DNA of 64,000 bases, taken from positions 77,004,001 to 77,068,000 of the forward strand of contig NC_043003.1 of the NCBI RefSeq assembly GCF_006345805.1, given 5' to 3'. This stretch comes from Octopus sinensis (lineage: Eukaryota). The notes beneath the pieces are model-generated. The model did not search any database. It was not told the origin of the DNA and was given only the letters and a program-made list of their open reading frames with translations. The translations under genes were made by a program, and so were the position numbers. Positions 28,647-40,791 of this stretch are shown here, one piece after another; position 1 is the stretch's first letter, and every line of letters begins with the position of its first letter.

Positions 28647-29068
28647 CTCTTTACTCTCTTACTCTTTTACTTGTTTCAGTCATCTGACTGCGGCCATGCT
28701 GGAGCACCGCCTTTAATCGAGCAACTCGACCCCTGGACTTATTCTTTTGTAAGCCCAGTACTTATTCTATCGGTCTGTTTTGCCGAACCGCTAAGTAACG
28801 GAGACATAAACACACCAGCATCGGTTGTCAAGCAATTCTAGGGGGACAAACACAGACACACAAACACATACACATACATACATATACACATATATACATA
28901 TATACGACGGGCTTCTTTCAGTTTCTGTCTACCAAATCCACTCACAAGGCATTGGTCGGCCCGAGGCTATAGTAGAAGACACTTGCCCAAGGTGCCACGC
29001 AGTGGGACTGAACCCGGGACCATGTGATTGGTAAACAAGCTACTTACCACACAGCCACTCCTGCGCCT
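28647..29068 (-). mobile_element. SINE family B
   Basis: Full-length reverse-complement copy starting aggcgcaggagtggctgtgtgg. Confidence 0.93.
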
Positions 29069-29319
29069 AAATTGTTTTTTTTTCCTTTTTTTTCTTTTTT
29101 TTTTTTGAAGAAGGCAAAACTCAAAGACACTGTACGAGCTCCCAACAACGTCTTTCTCTTTCAAACAAACTTTATAATGGTAATACTACTACTACAACTA
29201 CTACTATTATTAATGAAGAACATTAGTCTTCATAATAATGGTATTAACGGTGCTCCTAATGAGGAAAAAATAACAAAGCAACAAGAACAACCACCACCAC
29301 CACAACAACAACAACAACA

Positions 29320-29339
29320 TTAATAATAATAATATAATA

Positions 29340-29370
<31 letters not shown>

Positions 29371-29518
29371 AATATAATAATAATAATAATAATAATAAAT
29401 AATAATAATAATAAAATAATAATGATAATAATAATATAATAATAATAATAATAATGATAATAATAATGATAATAATAATATAATAATAACAATAATAATA
29501 ATGATAATAATAATAATA

Positions 29519-29566
<48 letters not shown>

Positions 29567-29586
29567 TGATGATGATGATGATGATG
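29320..29586. repeat. Long interrupted (TAA)n-(GAT)n tract
   Basis: Directly visible; the only long TAA tract on the + strand. Confidence 0.95.
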
Positions 29587-29678
29587 AAGTAATTTTAACT
29601 TCTCAAACGCAGTATAATGCTAATAATATAGCCTGGTCAGGATAAGCTGCCCCTATTTTGCAGAATAAAGTGTTGGCG

Positions 29679-29731
29679 GCCGGCTATGAGACTCGAACTC
29701 ACACCTCCGTGATTACGCGTCGCGGTGCTCT
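29679..29731 (-). pseudogene. 5'-truncated tRNA-like sequence (Thr-CGT-like) or SINE head
   Basis: Minus strand AGAGCA-CCGCGA-CGCGTAA-TCACGG-AGGT-GTGAG-TTCGAGT-CTCAT-AGCCGGC gives an anticodon arm with one mismatch, an intact T arm and B box. The 5' end is replaced by TAA repeats. Confidence 0.5.
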
Positions 29732-30305
29732 AATAATAATAATAATAATAATAGTAATAATAACTGTTATCTCCACCGATAAGTTTATTGTTAGATTATT
29801 ATTTAGTCTTGGTTTTACGACTTGTCGGAAGTCGGTTGCTTCCTGTTTGTATCTGGGATCGAGACTGTTTTGTCTTCTGACCGGTCGGTCGTGTCTTTTG
29901 TGTCCGTCTATATCTCAGAAAACTACTGTCAACTCGGAATGTAGTTTGGTTATTTCATGTTAATGTGAACGTGACTTCGTATCACTGTGAGCAATTTTTT
30001 GCTGCTTCTGTAATGATGAGCCGAGAAAGTTTTTGTAAGTTAATTTAAGTATATTCAGATGTTTTCTTATGTTCACCCGAGATATATACTTATAATAATG
30101 TCTAGATAATTGTATATCCATGGGTGAAAGTGCTTCAGTCTATTCAGTGCAATATTCTGTTGTTAATTGCCTATGTGCAATTTATAAATTTCAAGCATTA
30201 AATTTCAGTACATTCAACATTTTTTCCTCATTTAGTACTTTTCGCCCGTGTATATCAGTCATGATAAACATGTTAAATATTTTATTAGTATAAGAATATC
30301 ATCAT

Positions 30306-30745
30306 AGGCGTAGGAGTGGCTGTGTGGTAAGTAGCTTGCTTACGAACCACATGGTTCGTGGTTCAGTCCCACTGCGTGGCACCTTGGGCAAGTGTCTTCC
30401 ACTATAGCCCCGGGCCGACCAAAACCTTGTGAGTGGATTTGGTAGACGGAAACTGAAAGAAGCCCGTTGTATATATTTATATATACATGTGTGTGTGAGT
30501 GTATATGTTTGTGTGTCTGTGTTTGTCGCCCCCCCCCACCACCACCACCAACATCGCTTGACAACCGATGCTGGTGTGTTTACGTCCCATTAACTTAGCG
30601 GTTCGGCAAAAGAGCCCGATAGAATAAGTACTAGGCTTACAAAGAATAAGTCCTGGGGTCGATTTGCTCGACTAAATGCGGTGCTCCAGCATGGCCACAG
30701 TCAAATGACTTAAACACATAAAAAAGTAAAAGAGAGTAAAAAGAG
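30306..30745 (+). mobile_element. SINE family B
   Basis: Full-length copy; the internal tract includes a C/CCA expansion as in the 16499 copy. Confidence 0.93.
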
Positions 30746-30892
30746 TATATAAAAAAAATAGCAGAAAACCCTGTTCAAATAATTATTGTTCTTAAGTTTA
30801 TCTTATTTTTGTATTTCCTAATTTTTTGTAGTCTACCGTACGCTTGCCACGCACTTATATGTACACGTGGTACACGCGCACATCATAGCGTG

Positions 30893-30972
30893 TGGAATTT
30901 GAACTCAGAACGTAGAGTGGATCGTATGCCGCTAAGCATTTTGTCCGACGTGCTAACGATTCTGCCATCTCA
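30893..30972 (-). mobile_element. SINE family C head fragment
   Basis: Reverse complement gives ggcagaatcgttagcacgtcggacaaaatgcttagcgg...gagttcaaattcc. Confidence 0.7.
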
Positions 30973-31452
30973 GTAATAATAATAATAAAAACACCAATAA
31001 CAACAACTTTAATTATAATGGTAACATAAACCGTTATAAGAACAAATGTATTGTAAAATACACAATAATTTTGCCCTACGAGCAGTTATTGCTTCCGATA
31101 TAATGTCGTTATAAATGTATTGTCTACATTATACACTAAATTTCTACTAAAATATACAGAGTATCTTCTACTGTTTTTGAGAGGCGGTAAGTGTAATATT
31201 AAGTGTAAATCCTCTACTATGCCGACAAATTATATTCCTGAACTAAGAGCTAATAATATTTCCTATGATCTCCCTGATCTGTTTTTAGATCTAGAAGATC
31301 TTACCAGGAAGGTTGCACTGCATGTAGTTTCTGCCGTAGAGAATCCCTTGAGATATTACGTTAGAATGATTTAATAACATCCTGCCGACATACGTTCTTC
31401 GAAATATTGACATGCGCTAATCTACCTTGATAACTATAGGCTTGTATTTCGA

Positions 31453-31868
31453 AAGGTGGTGAGCTGGCAGAAACGTTAGCACGCCGGGCGAAATGCTTAG
31501 CGGTATTTCGTCTGTGTTACGTTGTGAGTTCGGATTCCGCCGAGGTCGACTTTGCCTTTCATCCTTTCGGGGTCGATAAATCAAGTACCAGTTACGCACT
31601 GGGGTCGATGTAATCGACTTAATACCTATGTCTGTCCTTGTTTGTCCCCTCTGTGTTTAGCCCCTTGTGGGTAATAAAGAAATAGGTATTTCATCTGCTG
31701 TTACGTTCTGAGTTCAAATTCCGCCGAGGTCGACTTTGCCTCTCATCCTTTCGGGATCGATAAATTAAGTACCAGTTACGCACTGAGGTCGATGTGATCG
31801 ACTTAATCCCTTTGTCTGTCCTTGTTTTTCCCCTCCGTGTTTAGCCCCTTGTGGGTAGTAAAGAAATA
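31453..31868 (+). mobile_element. Dimeric SINE family C with 18-bp TSD
   Basis: Full monomer at 31453-31684 plus a head-truncated monomer at 31685-31868. TSD tataggcttgtatttcga at 31435-31452 and 31869-31886. Confidence 0.93.
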
Positions 31869-32824
31869 TATAGGCTTGTATTTCGATCCTACGCTCACTT
31901 TTTCTGAGTACATTATATACGCTTATTTGCATAATATGCATAACATTGACCAGTCACTGAAACTTTAAAAACAGCTGTAAAGATTTATCTTCACCTTTTA
32001 ACTTGAATATGAATATGTAACAACTCACATAAAGGAATTATTGTCATTATTATTGTTTGTCCATGTTTTCTCTTTCAGTTATTCGCTCGAAATATATATT
32101 TCTTATAGGCAACACATGATCTGCTAAACTATTTTACCCCAGATTAGAAAGATGGAGTTTAAGAATCCGATCCGTTTGAGCACTAAGACGGTGCGTACCT
32201 ATTTCACGCATTCTTTCCCACAAAATATGCAAGAGATATAAAACGGGAGACAGGCTATCAAACGTCTGATACGTAAGGATATGACCATACATACATGTGT
32301 GTTTGCTTAATATGTTATTACGTACACACACAAACACACGCACAGGGGAGAAGTAAATATATAGAGACATAAGTATACAGATATACATGCATTTGTTGTA
32401 TATCTCCAATCCATGAAAAGTAGTATATAAGTAGGATCATTTGTGAATGGTTGTGTGTTTAGCTCGGCAAGTCTTTTTGAATGTGTGTACTCATGTTGAT
32501 GTGCGCCTTCAAGCCACTACAATGAAACTGAACATGTTTGTTTGGAAGTTTACTCCGCAGTTATAAGTTTATAGTTCCATTGTATAGCAAAGCATACGAG
32601 ATGAATGCGTTTTAGTGTCTCTCGGATCAGACCAACCTTTGTGATTGAAATTGCGTAGATGAAACTTTTAATTCCAAACAAAGAAGCCTTGCTACACATT
32701 GTGTCACTCTCGGAATTTAAATTATAGAAAATACTCATCTATTTATCTGTTAAATTATTAAAATGGCATCTTTGCCAATGAAGATGTTGTTGTGTAACAA
32801 CTGGAAAACTCATTGTCTACACAA

Positions 32825-33430
32825 ATGGTGGTGGCTTGGTGGTTAGAGTGTTGTACCCATGATCAACGGCGGCGGCGGTGGTGGCAGCGATGGTAGCGGT
32901 AGCAGCGGCGGTAGCAGCGGCGGTAGCAGCGGCGGCAGCGGCGGTAGCACCGGCGGCAGCGGCGGTAGCAGCGGCGGTAGCAGCGGCGGCAACGGCGGTG
33001 GTGGTGGTGTTAGTGGTGGTAGTGGCAGTGGTGTTAGCGGCAGCGACGGTGGTGGTACTGCTGGTGGTGGTTATAGTGGTTGTGGTATTTGTGGTGGTGG
33101 TGGTGGTGCTGTGGTAGTGTTTGTGGTAGTTATGATGGTGGTGGTTGCGGAGGTGGTGGTTGTAGTTGTGGTGGTTGTGTGGTTGTGTGACTGTGGTGGT
33201 GGTGGTGGTGGTGGTGGTGGTAGTTGTGTTTGTGGCAGTGGCAGTGGTGTTGGCGGCAGCGACGGTGGTGGTTTTGATGGTGTTCATGGTAGTGGAGTTA
33301 GTGGTGATGGTGATTTTAATGATGATGATGGTGATAGTAATCCTGAGTGTGAGAGTAGTAGTGGTGATAATGATGATGATGATGATGACAGTGGTGATGG
33401 TGATGGTGGATGCAGAATTGCATATAGCTG
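32825..33430. repeat. GC-rich trinucleotide mosaic (GGC/AGC/GGT/GAT)n
   Basis: Cryptic trinucleotide simplicity, open in several frames on both strands. Confidence 0.8.
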
Positions 33431-33702
33431 TAGCAGCAGCAAAAGCATTCCTTATAGCGATTGTTGACACACTACTTTTTTCTGACGATCATTAAGCTCT
33501 TAAAAGCATATATCAACTCCCATTTTGACCTCTCTCAACCACGTTTACTAAAAAGTACATTTCTATATATTTTCTGGAATCTTCTTAAAGTAACAACCTT
33601 TCTCCTACACTCATTCCTCATCATGTTAAGAATTTACATGTCAGTTTGATTTGTAATATGAATACACATGATTTATTTGGTTCTGTGTGTGTAGGTGTGT
33701 AG

Positions 33703-33745
<43 letters not shown>

Positions 33746-35385
33746 TATGCTTCTGTATACACATTTTAGCGTACATAACTTCAACACATATACCCACTTT
33801 TCTCCATTTAAGAACATGTGTGTATGTGTCTGTATGAAGAGAGCGCGGAGGGAAAAGAGAGAGAAACAGCGGGATCAATAGATAGATATACACACACACA
33901 TATATATTCTATATGTATGCATCATGTGTATGTGTGTACGTATGAATATGTTCGTATATTCTTCTTTGTAGATATATATCTATATTTATGTGTGTATGTG
34001 TGTATATATATATTTGTGTGCGTATGTACGTGTGTACGAACGCGCGCGCGAGCCTCTGTGTGTGTGTGTGTGTGTGTGTTTCTCTAAGCAGATCAGAAAG
34101 CATCAATAACGAAAATGACTCAACATAATATAAACAGCAAATTTTGCATCCTGCTGATTCATGGTTATCACAATGAGACTGGTAAAAGTTTTTGAAAATT
34201 TTGTGCCTAAATCTTATAAGCAGCCTTGGTATATAGACTAGGCTAAGTATTAATGCCCCAATCAAATTTTTTAAGCACCAACAGCAGTAAGCAGATGCAT
34301 TAGCAACCTATCCTTCGACGAAACATCACCCTATAGAGTTAAAACCAAACAAAACCAAGCAATCATCCGCAGCAATTGTTAAAACACAATAGCACATGAT
34401 CCACCCTCTGTTTGGAGGTGACGGAGAGTTTACTCCTAGTTGATCCCATCGTCCTTTCGAATCAACAAACATGTCATTTCATGAAGAAAAGATTCGAAAG
34501 ATACAAATGTATGTTGGAACGAATGAAAATGCACACATCACAGAAATAAAAGCAATGCATAATTGAATTAACTGAACTCTTTTAAAATGCTGTGAACAGA
34601 CTTTCCAATAAATGAGAAACCTGTTAATAATCTGGTGCAGATTTCCATTAACACAGCTTCTGAGAAAGTCCTAATTTTACGAAACCAATGAAAGTGTAAC
34701 ATCACTTTTTTCAATGAAGCAGCCAAGTCTGATACAAGTCTGATATTCTGTCTACAATATTTGCCTATTATAGTGGAACTCTTATGAAAAGCAAAGCTAT
34801 TTTCATAATGAAGTTAAAAGGTGTCATTCTTCAGAAATTCAAGGATACTATACTTATTCATCTGTGAATGAAGAAGATGATGGACAGTAATATGAGACAA
34901 TTATACTGACACTTCCCTCTTGTCTACAAACGTCAAATCTTGGCAAGAATACTTCTGAATCACTCCATTGACCATCTTACAAATAACGATCTCCTTCAAG
35001 AAAGCCAATGTATCTTCCATTCAGAAGGTGGCATTACTGACATATATTTTGCAGAGGCGGGTGACATATATACAGCAAAATATTTGTTCATCTTACAACA
35101 TCGTGTATAGTGGTGCTTTGTGGAGAATCTTTGCTAAACATGTTTTCCACCCATCTTCGTGTACGCCAGTTTTATAGTATTATGCTGGTGAGTGTTAAAA
35201 ACAATTGAAGGTTTTTCTGTAATAAATTGTATGAAACGTGATTTGCGTTTTATTACTTATCGTCTTCAGTGTCATGTTTTTACTGAGTTATTACAAACGT
35301 CTTTACGTAAACTTCCACCTGAACTTGAAAATGGATAAAAATATGATGGTAAATTGTTTGAATTTTGCTTGCATATTTTGCTTAC

Positions 35386-36205
35386 AGGTAAAATCCAGAG
35401 TTACATATGTGTCTAAACTGCTATTCAGAGATTATTGCGGATTACTTGCTCAAGATGAGGCCAACATATATATATGCCGATCGATTTGCGAAGGCATGCA
35501 GCAACTTCCTGGAAAAAAAATAAACTGGACCTAGCAGAAAATGTAAACCATTTTGAATATCTTTAAATTAAAATAGCGGCAAATGCTTGCAATAGTGCTG
35601 AGATGTTATCAGGTATTGGCAAAGTGAGTGTAGTTTTTGGAAAATTATGGTAGCGCAGGTATTTATTTTAGTAACAGAATTAAATAAACTTTACGATGTT
35701 GCCGTCTTTCACACTCTCCAGTATTCTGATGGAATTCTTGCTAAAAAACTTATTCATTCTGGGTCTTGCATAACGGGGATTCTAGATATAAATTGACAGG
35801 ATAGAATTTCCGATATAAACCTTCTCGGCTACATCAAGCTGGACATGTCAAAGTTCAAAACCCTAGACTGCCAACAACAATCTTACATTGCGAGCCGCAA
35901 GTGGAAGTGTAGTGTTGTTGTATCATTTAAAAGAAACAAAGATATACTGAGAGCAGTTGTAAAAGATTGTAACATCAGCCCAAAGCCATGGAATGATCTT
36001 GTTCGAGATAGATCTACATGGATGAACTGTATTACCAGTGGCGCCAAGGTATTTGCTTCATTACAAATCTATGTCTGCGTCCAAAATGGAAGCCAACAAA
36101 TTACTCCTTAGCAATCCTGATCGAAATGAACGTCAGTGTATATTCTGCGGGAAGAGGCTCTGTCAGGTTCAGAAGAATTTATAAATTCACAAGAAGTTAA
36201 CTTCT
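35386..36205 (+). mobile_element. RTE-clade LINE relic
   Basis: VSKLLFRDYCGLLAQDE (decayed ELLFADDCALLA), LRLHQAGHV..PRLPTTILH, KDILRAVVKDCNISPKPWNDLVRDRSTW and a terminal C..C-like remnant. Ends in (CAT)n. Confidence 0.7.
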
Positions 36206-36214
36206 GTAACCGCT

Positions 36215-36398
36215 TTATCATCATCATCATCATCATCATCATTATCATCATCATCAGCAGCAGCATCATCATCATCAGCATCATCATCATCAGCATCATC
36301 ATCATCATCACCATCACCATCACCATCACTACCACCACCACCACCGCCACCACCATCATCATCATCATTATTATTATATTATTTTTATTATATTATTA

Positions 36399-36433
<35 letters not shown>

Positions 36434-36496
36434 TTTATTTTTATTTTTTATTTTTATTTTTTATTATTATTTTTATTATTATTATTATTATTTTTA

Positions 36497-36528
<32 letters not shown>

Positions 36529-36700
36529 TTTTTTTTTTTTATTATTATTATTATTTTTATTATTATTATTTTTATTTTTATTATTATTATTATTATTATT
36601 TATTTTTATTATTATTATATTATTATTATTATTATTTTTTTATTTTTATTATTATTTTTATTTTTATTATTATTATTATTTATTATTATTATTATTATTT

Positions 36701-36737
<37 letters not shown>

Positions 36738-36778
36738 CATCATCATCATCCTCATCCTCATCCTCATCATCATCATCG
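36215..36778. repeat. (CAT)n-(TTA/TTT)n-(CAT)n compound tract
   Basis: Directly visible. Confidence 0.95.
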
Positions 36779-37817
36779 TTTTACATAGTAATCTAGCCTT
36801 TTACCGTTGGTGCTTGATCATCGTCTAATTCAACGGATGAGCTATCATATACATACATTATACGTTCAAAAATATACATATATGTATGTGTGTGCGCGCG
36901 TGCGTGTGTTTATATGTGTGCGCACGCGTTTATGATAATACGTAGTATGAAGCAATATTTAAATCGAATTTGAAAATAAATTAGCTCCGCTTCTTTTCTT
37001 TCCTCCTCTGCCTCCCCTTTTCTTCGTCCTCTTCTTCAGTCGTCTTCATCTTTATATGTATTCTTGCGTATTAAATCAGTCAGCAATCTGCTTTACCAAA
37101 CATAAAAACCTAATTTTTTTATATTTCAGTCCCAAAGGTATTTCCTCCAATCACATATCAAACCTTCCTACCCGTTGTAAGACCCAGTTAACCAAATGAC
37201 ACGTGCAGATTGCATTTTACAATCTAACTAAGCCAAATAGTGATGAAACGCCTAAGTCACAGTCCATAAAATTATTCAAGCAATATATATTAGAAACTTA
37301 ACATAAGATGGCAGATTGGCAGACTCGCTAGAGCGTCTGGCATAGTACCTCTTATGTTTGTTCCGATTGACTATGTCAATTTTCCTTTTCATCACTCAGC
37401 AGCTGCCAGTAGAATATCGTTCCAGTCTACTGGCTTCGATGCTATTGACTAACCTGTCTTCTCTCGTAATCCTTGGCCTTCTGATGTAGATAGATTAGAT
37501 AAATAGAAGTTATATGAATAGTAAAACAAGAACCGAAAATTGTGGCTCAGGTGCAACAAGACAAAATTTACCTAGATTTACTGGTGATACATTTTCAAAC
37601 GGTGACAACCACTATTACTAGAATCCTTTTATTCAGATATTCAGGCTTAGAACGTCTTAAAATTTTAATGAACTTGGGAATGCATGACTCCACGTTAAAC
37701 ATAAACGGAATTTGAAATAGCTTTAATGATCGAATGCTAAACTCGCACACACTTCTCTTTCTAGCATAACGTGCACAGTCGCACACATATAATTGTGTGC
37801 GTAATTATTTAAATCTG

Positions 37818-38771
37818 AGGTTCAAACAGAGAGATTTCAATAAATAGCATATTACTAATCTACGTAGCACGGTTGAGTACTTTTTCGCTTAATTGGAATT
37901 CACACCACTATCAAACTACGGTCGTAATTGCCGATCTATCTATTTATCTCTGTATGCATGTATGTATGTATGTGTGTATGTATGTATGTATGTATGTATG
38001 TATGTATGTATGTATGCATGTATGTATGTATGCATGCATGTATGTATGTATGCATGCAGGCATGCAGGCTAAGGGGGCGAAACACATATGATCCTGAGAT
38101 AGAGGCTGACGACATGGAAGGGTTTCCAGCATCTTATAATAATTCTGCTTGTTTCTCTGTTACTTAGCATTCCATAACGCTTCCACATGATTGGTTGAAA
38201 GAAGAATGGACAGGTGGGAGGGTGTCATGAAGGGAGGGAGGGAGGAAGAAACATGGTGAAGGAGGAGGATAGGGATGGGGAGGGGGAGATAGAGAGAGGA
38301 TAAGAGAGGGAGAGGTGGTAGTGAGTGAAATGAGTAATTTTTTTAAAGATTCTTACTCCGTTAAGGAGAAAAATAGGGTAAGGCAAAGAGTGAGAGAGAA
38401 AAAGGGAGAGTGCTGTGTATTAAGTCAATAAAATTGTGCATAAATTATATAAAGTGTATACATAAAGCGCATTAAGTAACCATCGTATTTCAATTTCCCT
38501 CACTTTTCAATGATTAGCAGATGAGCCACTATTTTTTGATACGGACACAACACAGGCTACCCTTTCAGAGTTTGGGGATAAAGTTTTCAGAAATAACGGA
38601 ATAAGTTTACCATTAATTCCGTGAAATATTCAAGGGCCCACTAGTTGTAATGAATATAGAAGAGCTTGCCAAACCTACGAGTGGCTCCTGCAATTTCCGC
38701 GTAGTGCAAAGCATCGCTGATGTTTATTTCACACACGAATGCATATGCGCGCGTGTGTGTGTGTGTGTGTA

Positions 38772-38804
<33 letters not shown>

Positions 38805-39537
38805 TGTTGTTGTTGTTGTTGTTGTTGTTGACGTCATAAGAATGTATAAACTTTCGAGAATCTAAGAAATTATACATGTTTGGAACTGGTCTTCCAAACA
38901 TATACATGCAAAATGTTCCAACAGTCCAGCCAGTAGCTAAGAAACTGCTTAGAAAGGTAGTAGTCGTACCCGAGTGGCTCTTCATCACCCGGGTTCATTT
39001 CGACTGGTCACATCGCATCTTTACACCGACTGTTTTCGTAGCCAACTTTACACTGACTCATCGTAGTCCCTTCCACACTGGCTATCTTTTTACTGTTTGT
39101 TTCCGCTGCCATCTTCACACCCCGCGTTCTTTACGTCACCGACTTCACAGTCTGCGTTCTTTAAAGCACCAACTAATACTGCGCGTTCTTTTATCAGTCC
39201 AAATCGTCCACCTCGCAGCAAAGACGCACAAAACAAAAAAAAACACGCGCAGCTTGCTTCAAGTTAGTGTCGTGATCAATAACGTTATTTCTCCTTCGTA
39301 ACACAATAAATAATAGCATGTAACCATTGGGTCGTACGAATCATGTTCCTAACCTACCTGTTGAGATGTGGGTTCGAGTCCCAAGGCATGACATGTTGGG
39401 CAAGAGGCAAATAGATAGATCGGCAATTATGAACATAGTTTGATAGAGGTGTGAATTCCAATTAAGCGAAAAATTACTCGACCGTGCTATGTAGTTTAGT
39501 AATATGCTATTTATTGAAATCTCTCTGTTTGAACCTC
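37818..39537. repeat. 129-bp inverted repeat pair (37818-37946 / 39409-39537)
   Basis: Hand alignment of one copy to the reverse complement of the other gives 8 substitutions and no gaps. Confidence 0.92.
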
Positions 39538-39604
39538 AAGCATCGGGCTGACCCAAAGTCTTGTGAATGGATTTGGTTTTGACAGAAATTGAAAGAAACC
39601 CGTC

Positions 39605-39644
<40 letters not shown>

Positions 39645-39830
39645 GTATATACTTGTGTGTGTTTGTGTGTGTGTGTCCACACACCAGCTTCATCACCTAT
39701 ATTGTTTAGTTTACTTCCATATAACTCAGTGATCCAGCCAATGAGCACGGCAGTAGAGTGGCAGGTGTTACAATAAGTAAATACTGGAGTCGACTTGTTC
39801 GGCTAACCACTTTGGGTCGTATAAGGCACT
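39340..39830 (+). mobile_element. Old SINE family B copy split by the 129-bp segment
   Basis: gggttcgagtccc..ttgggcaagaggc | insert | aagcatcgggctgacccaaagtcttgtgaatggatttgg..gaaagaaacccgtcg. Confidence 0.7.
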
Positions 39831-39859
39831 GTGTGATTGAGTATCTGTATGATTGTGTA

Positions 39860-39893
<34 letters not shown>

Positions 39894-39931
39894 AGTGTGT
39901 GTGTGTGTGTGTGTATTAGTAGTAGTGGTCA

Positions 39932-40147
39932 AAGGCGACAAGCTGGCAGAATCATTAGCACACTGAGCAAAATGCTTAGCGGCATTTCGTCTTTCTTCAT
40001 GTTCTTCTGTTCAAATTCTGCTGAGGTCGACTTTGCCTTTCATCCTTTCGGGGTCGATAAATAAAGTACCAGTTGAATACTGATACTGCGGACAATGCAG
40101 ACGACTTAACCCCTCCCCCCGAATTTCAGGTCTATAGTAGAAAGGAT
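39932..40147 (+). mobile_element. SINE family C
   Basis: Head gctggcagaatcattagcac, central domain gaggtcgactttgcctttcatcctttcggggtcgataaa and a (TAG)n tail. Confidence 0.88.
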
Positions 40148-40471
40148 TAGTAGTAGTAGTAGTAGTAGTAGTAGTATAGTAGTAGTAGCAGCAGCAGCAG
40201 TAGTATTAGTCTTCAGACTCGTTTGATTTGCAACTTAATATCTTTGGCTTCTAGCTCGTCGCCAAATGGAGAGATGCAGGAAATTCAATATGGCTACCGG
40301 AAATTAGACTACTATTCGTCAAGCGGTTCACAAGGTGCTATTAGAAATGAGATCTACATTCCAGCTATACTAGATGCAATAGAAAAGAGAATTTCTTAGA
40401 TCGTGTACAGTTATAGAAGTGAGGAAGTTGGTACTTGTATAGACGGTATATGTATAGATGTATGTGCATGC

Positions 40472-40514
<43 letters not shown>

Positions 40515-40519
40515 GCATA

Positions 40520-40558
<39 letters not shown>

Positions 40559-40617
40559 TATATATATTATATATATATATATATGCATATATTATATATA
40601 TATATATATTATATATA

Positions 40618-40649
<32 letters not shown>

Positions 40650-40791
40650 GCATATATATAATGCATATATATATATTATATATATATATATATATAATAT
40701 ATATATATAAATAATAAATATTAGGGAATAAATCCAAATTTACAGGGAAAAATCAGATTTAGGATTAAATCCATTTTATAGTAAAATATAA

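Noticed and set aside
32817-33495. Gly/Ser-rich 202-aa and Thr/Ala-rich 217-aa ORFs (structural-protein-like)
   Set aside because: Open on both strands and several frames because of trinucleotide simplicity; no signal peptide or convincing splice context.
37818-39537. MITE with 129-bp TIRs
   Set aside because: No TSD, and the right arm splits a SINE whose halves lie inside and outside the interval in the same orientation.
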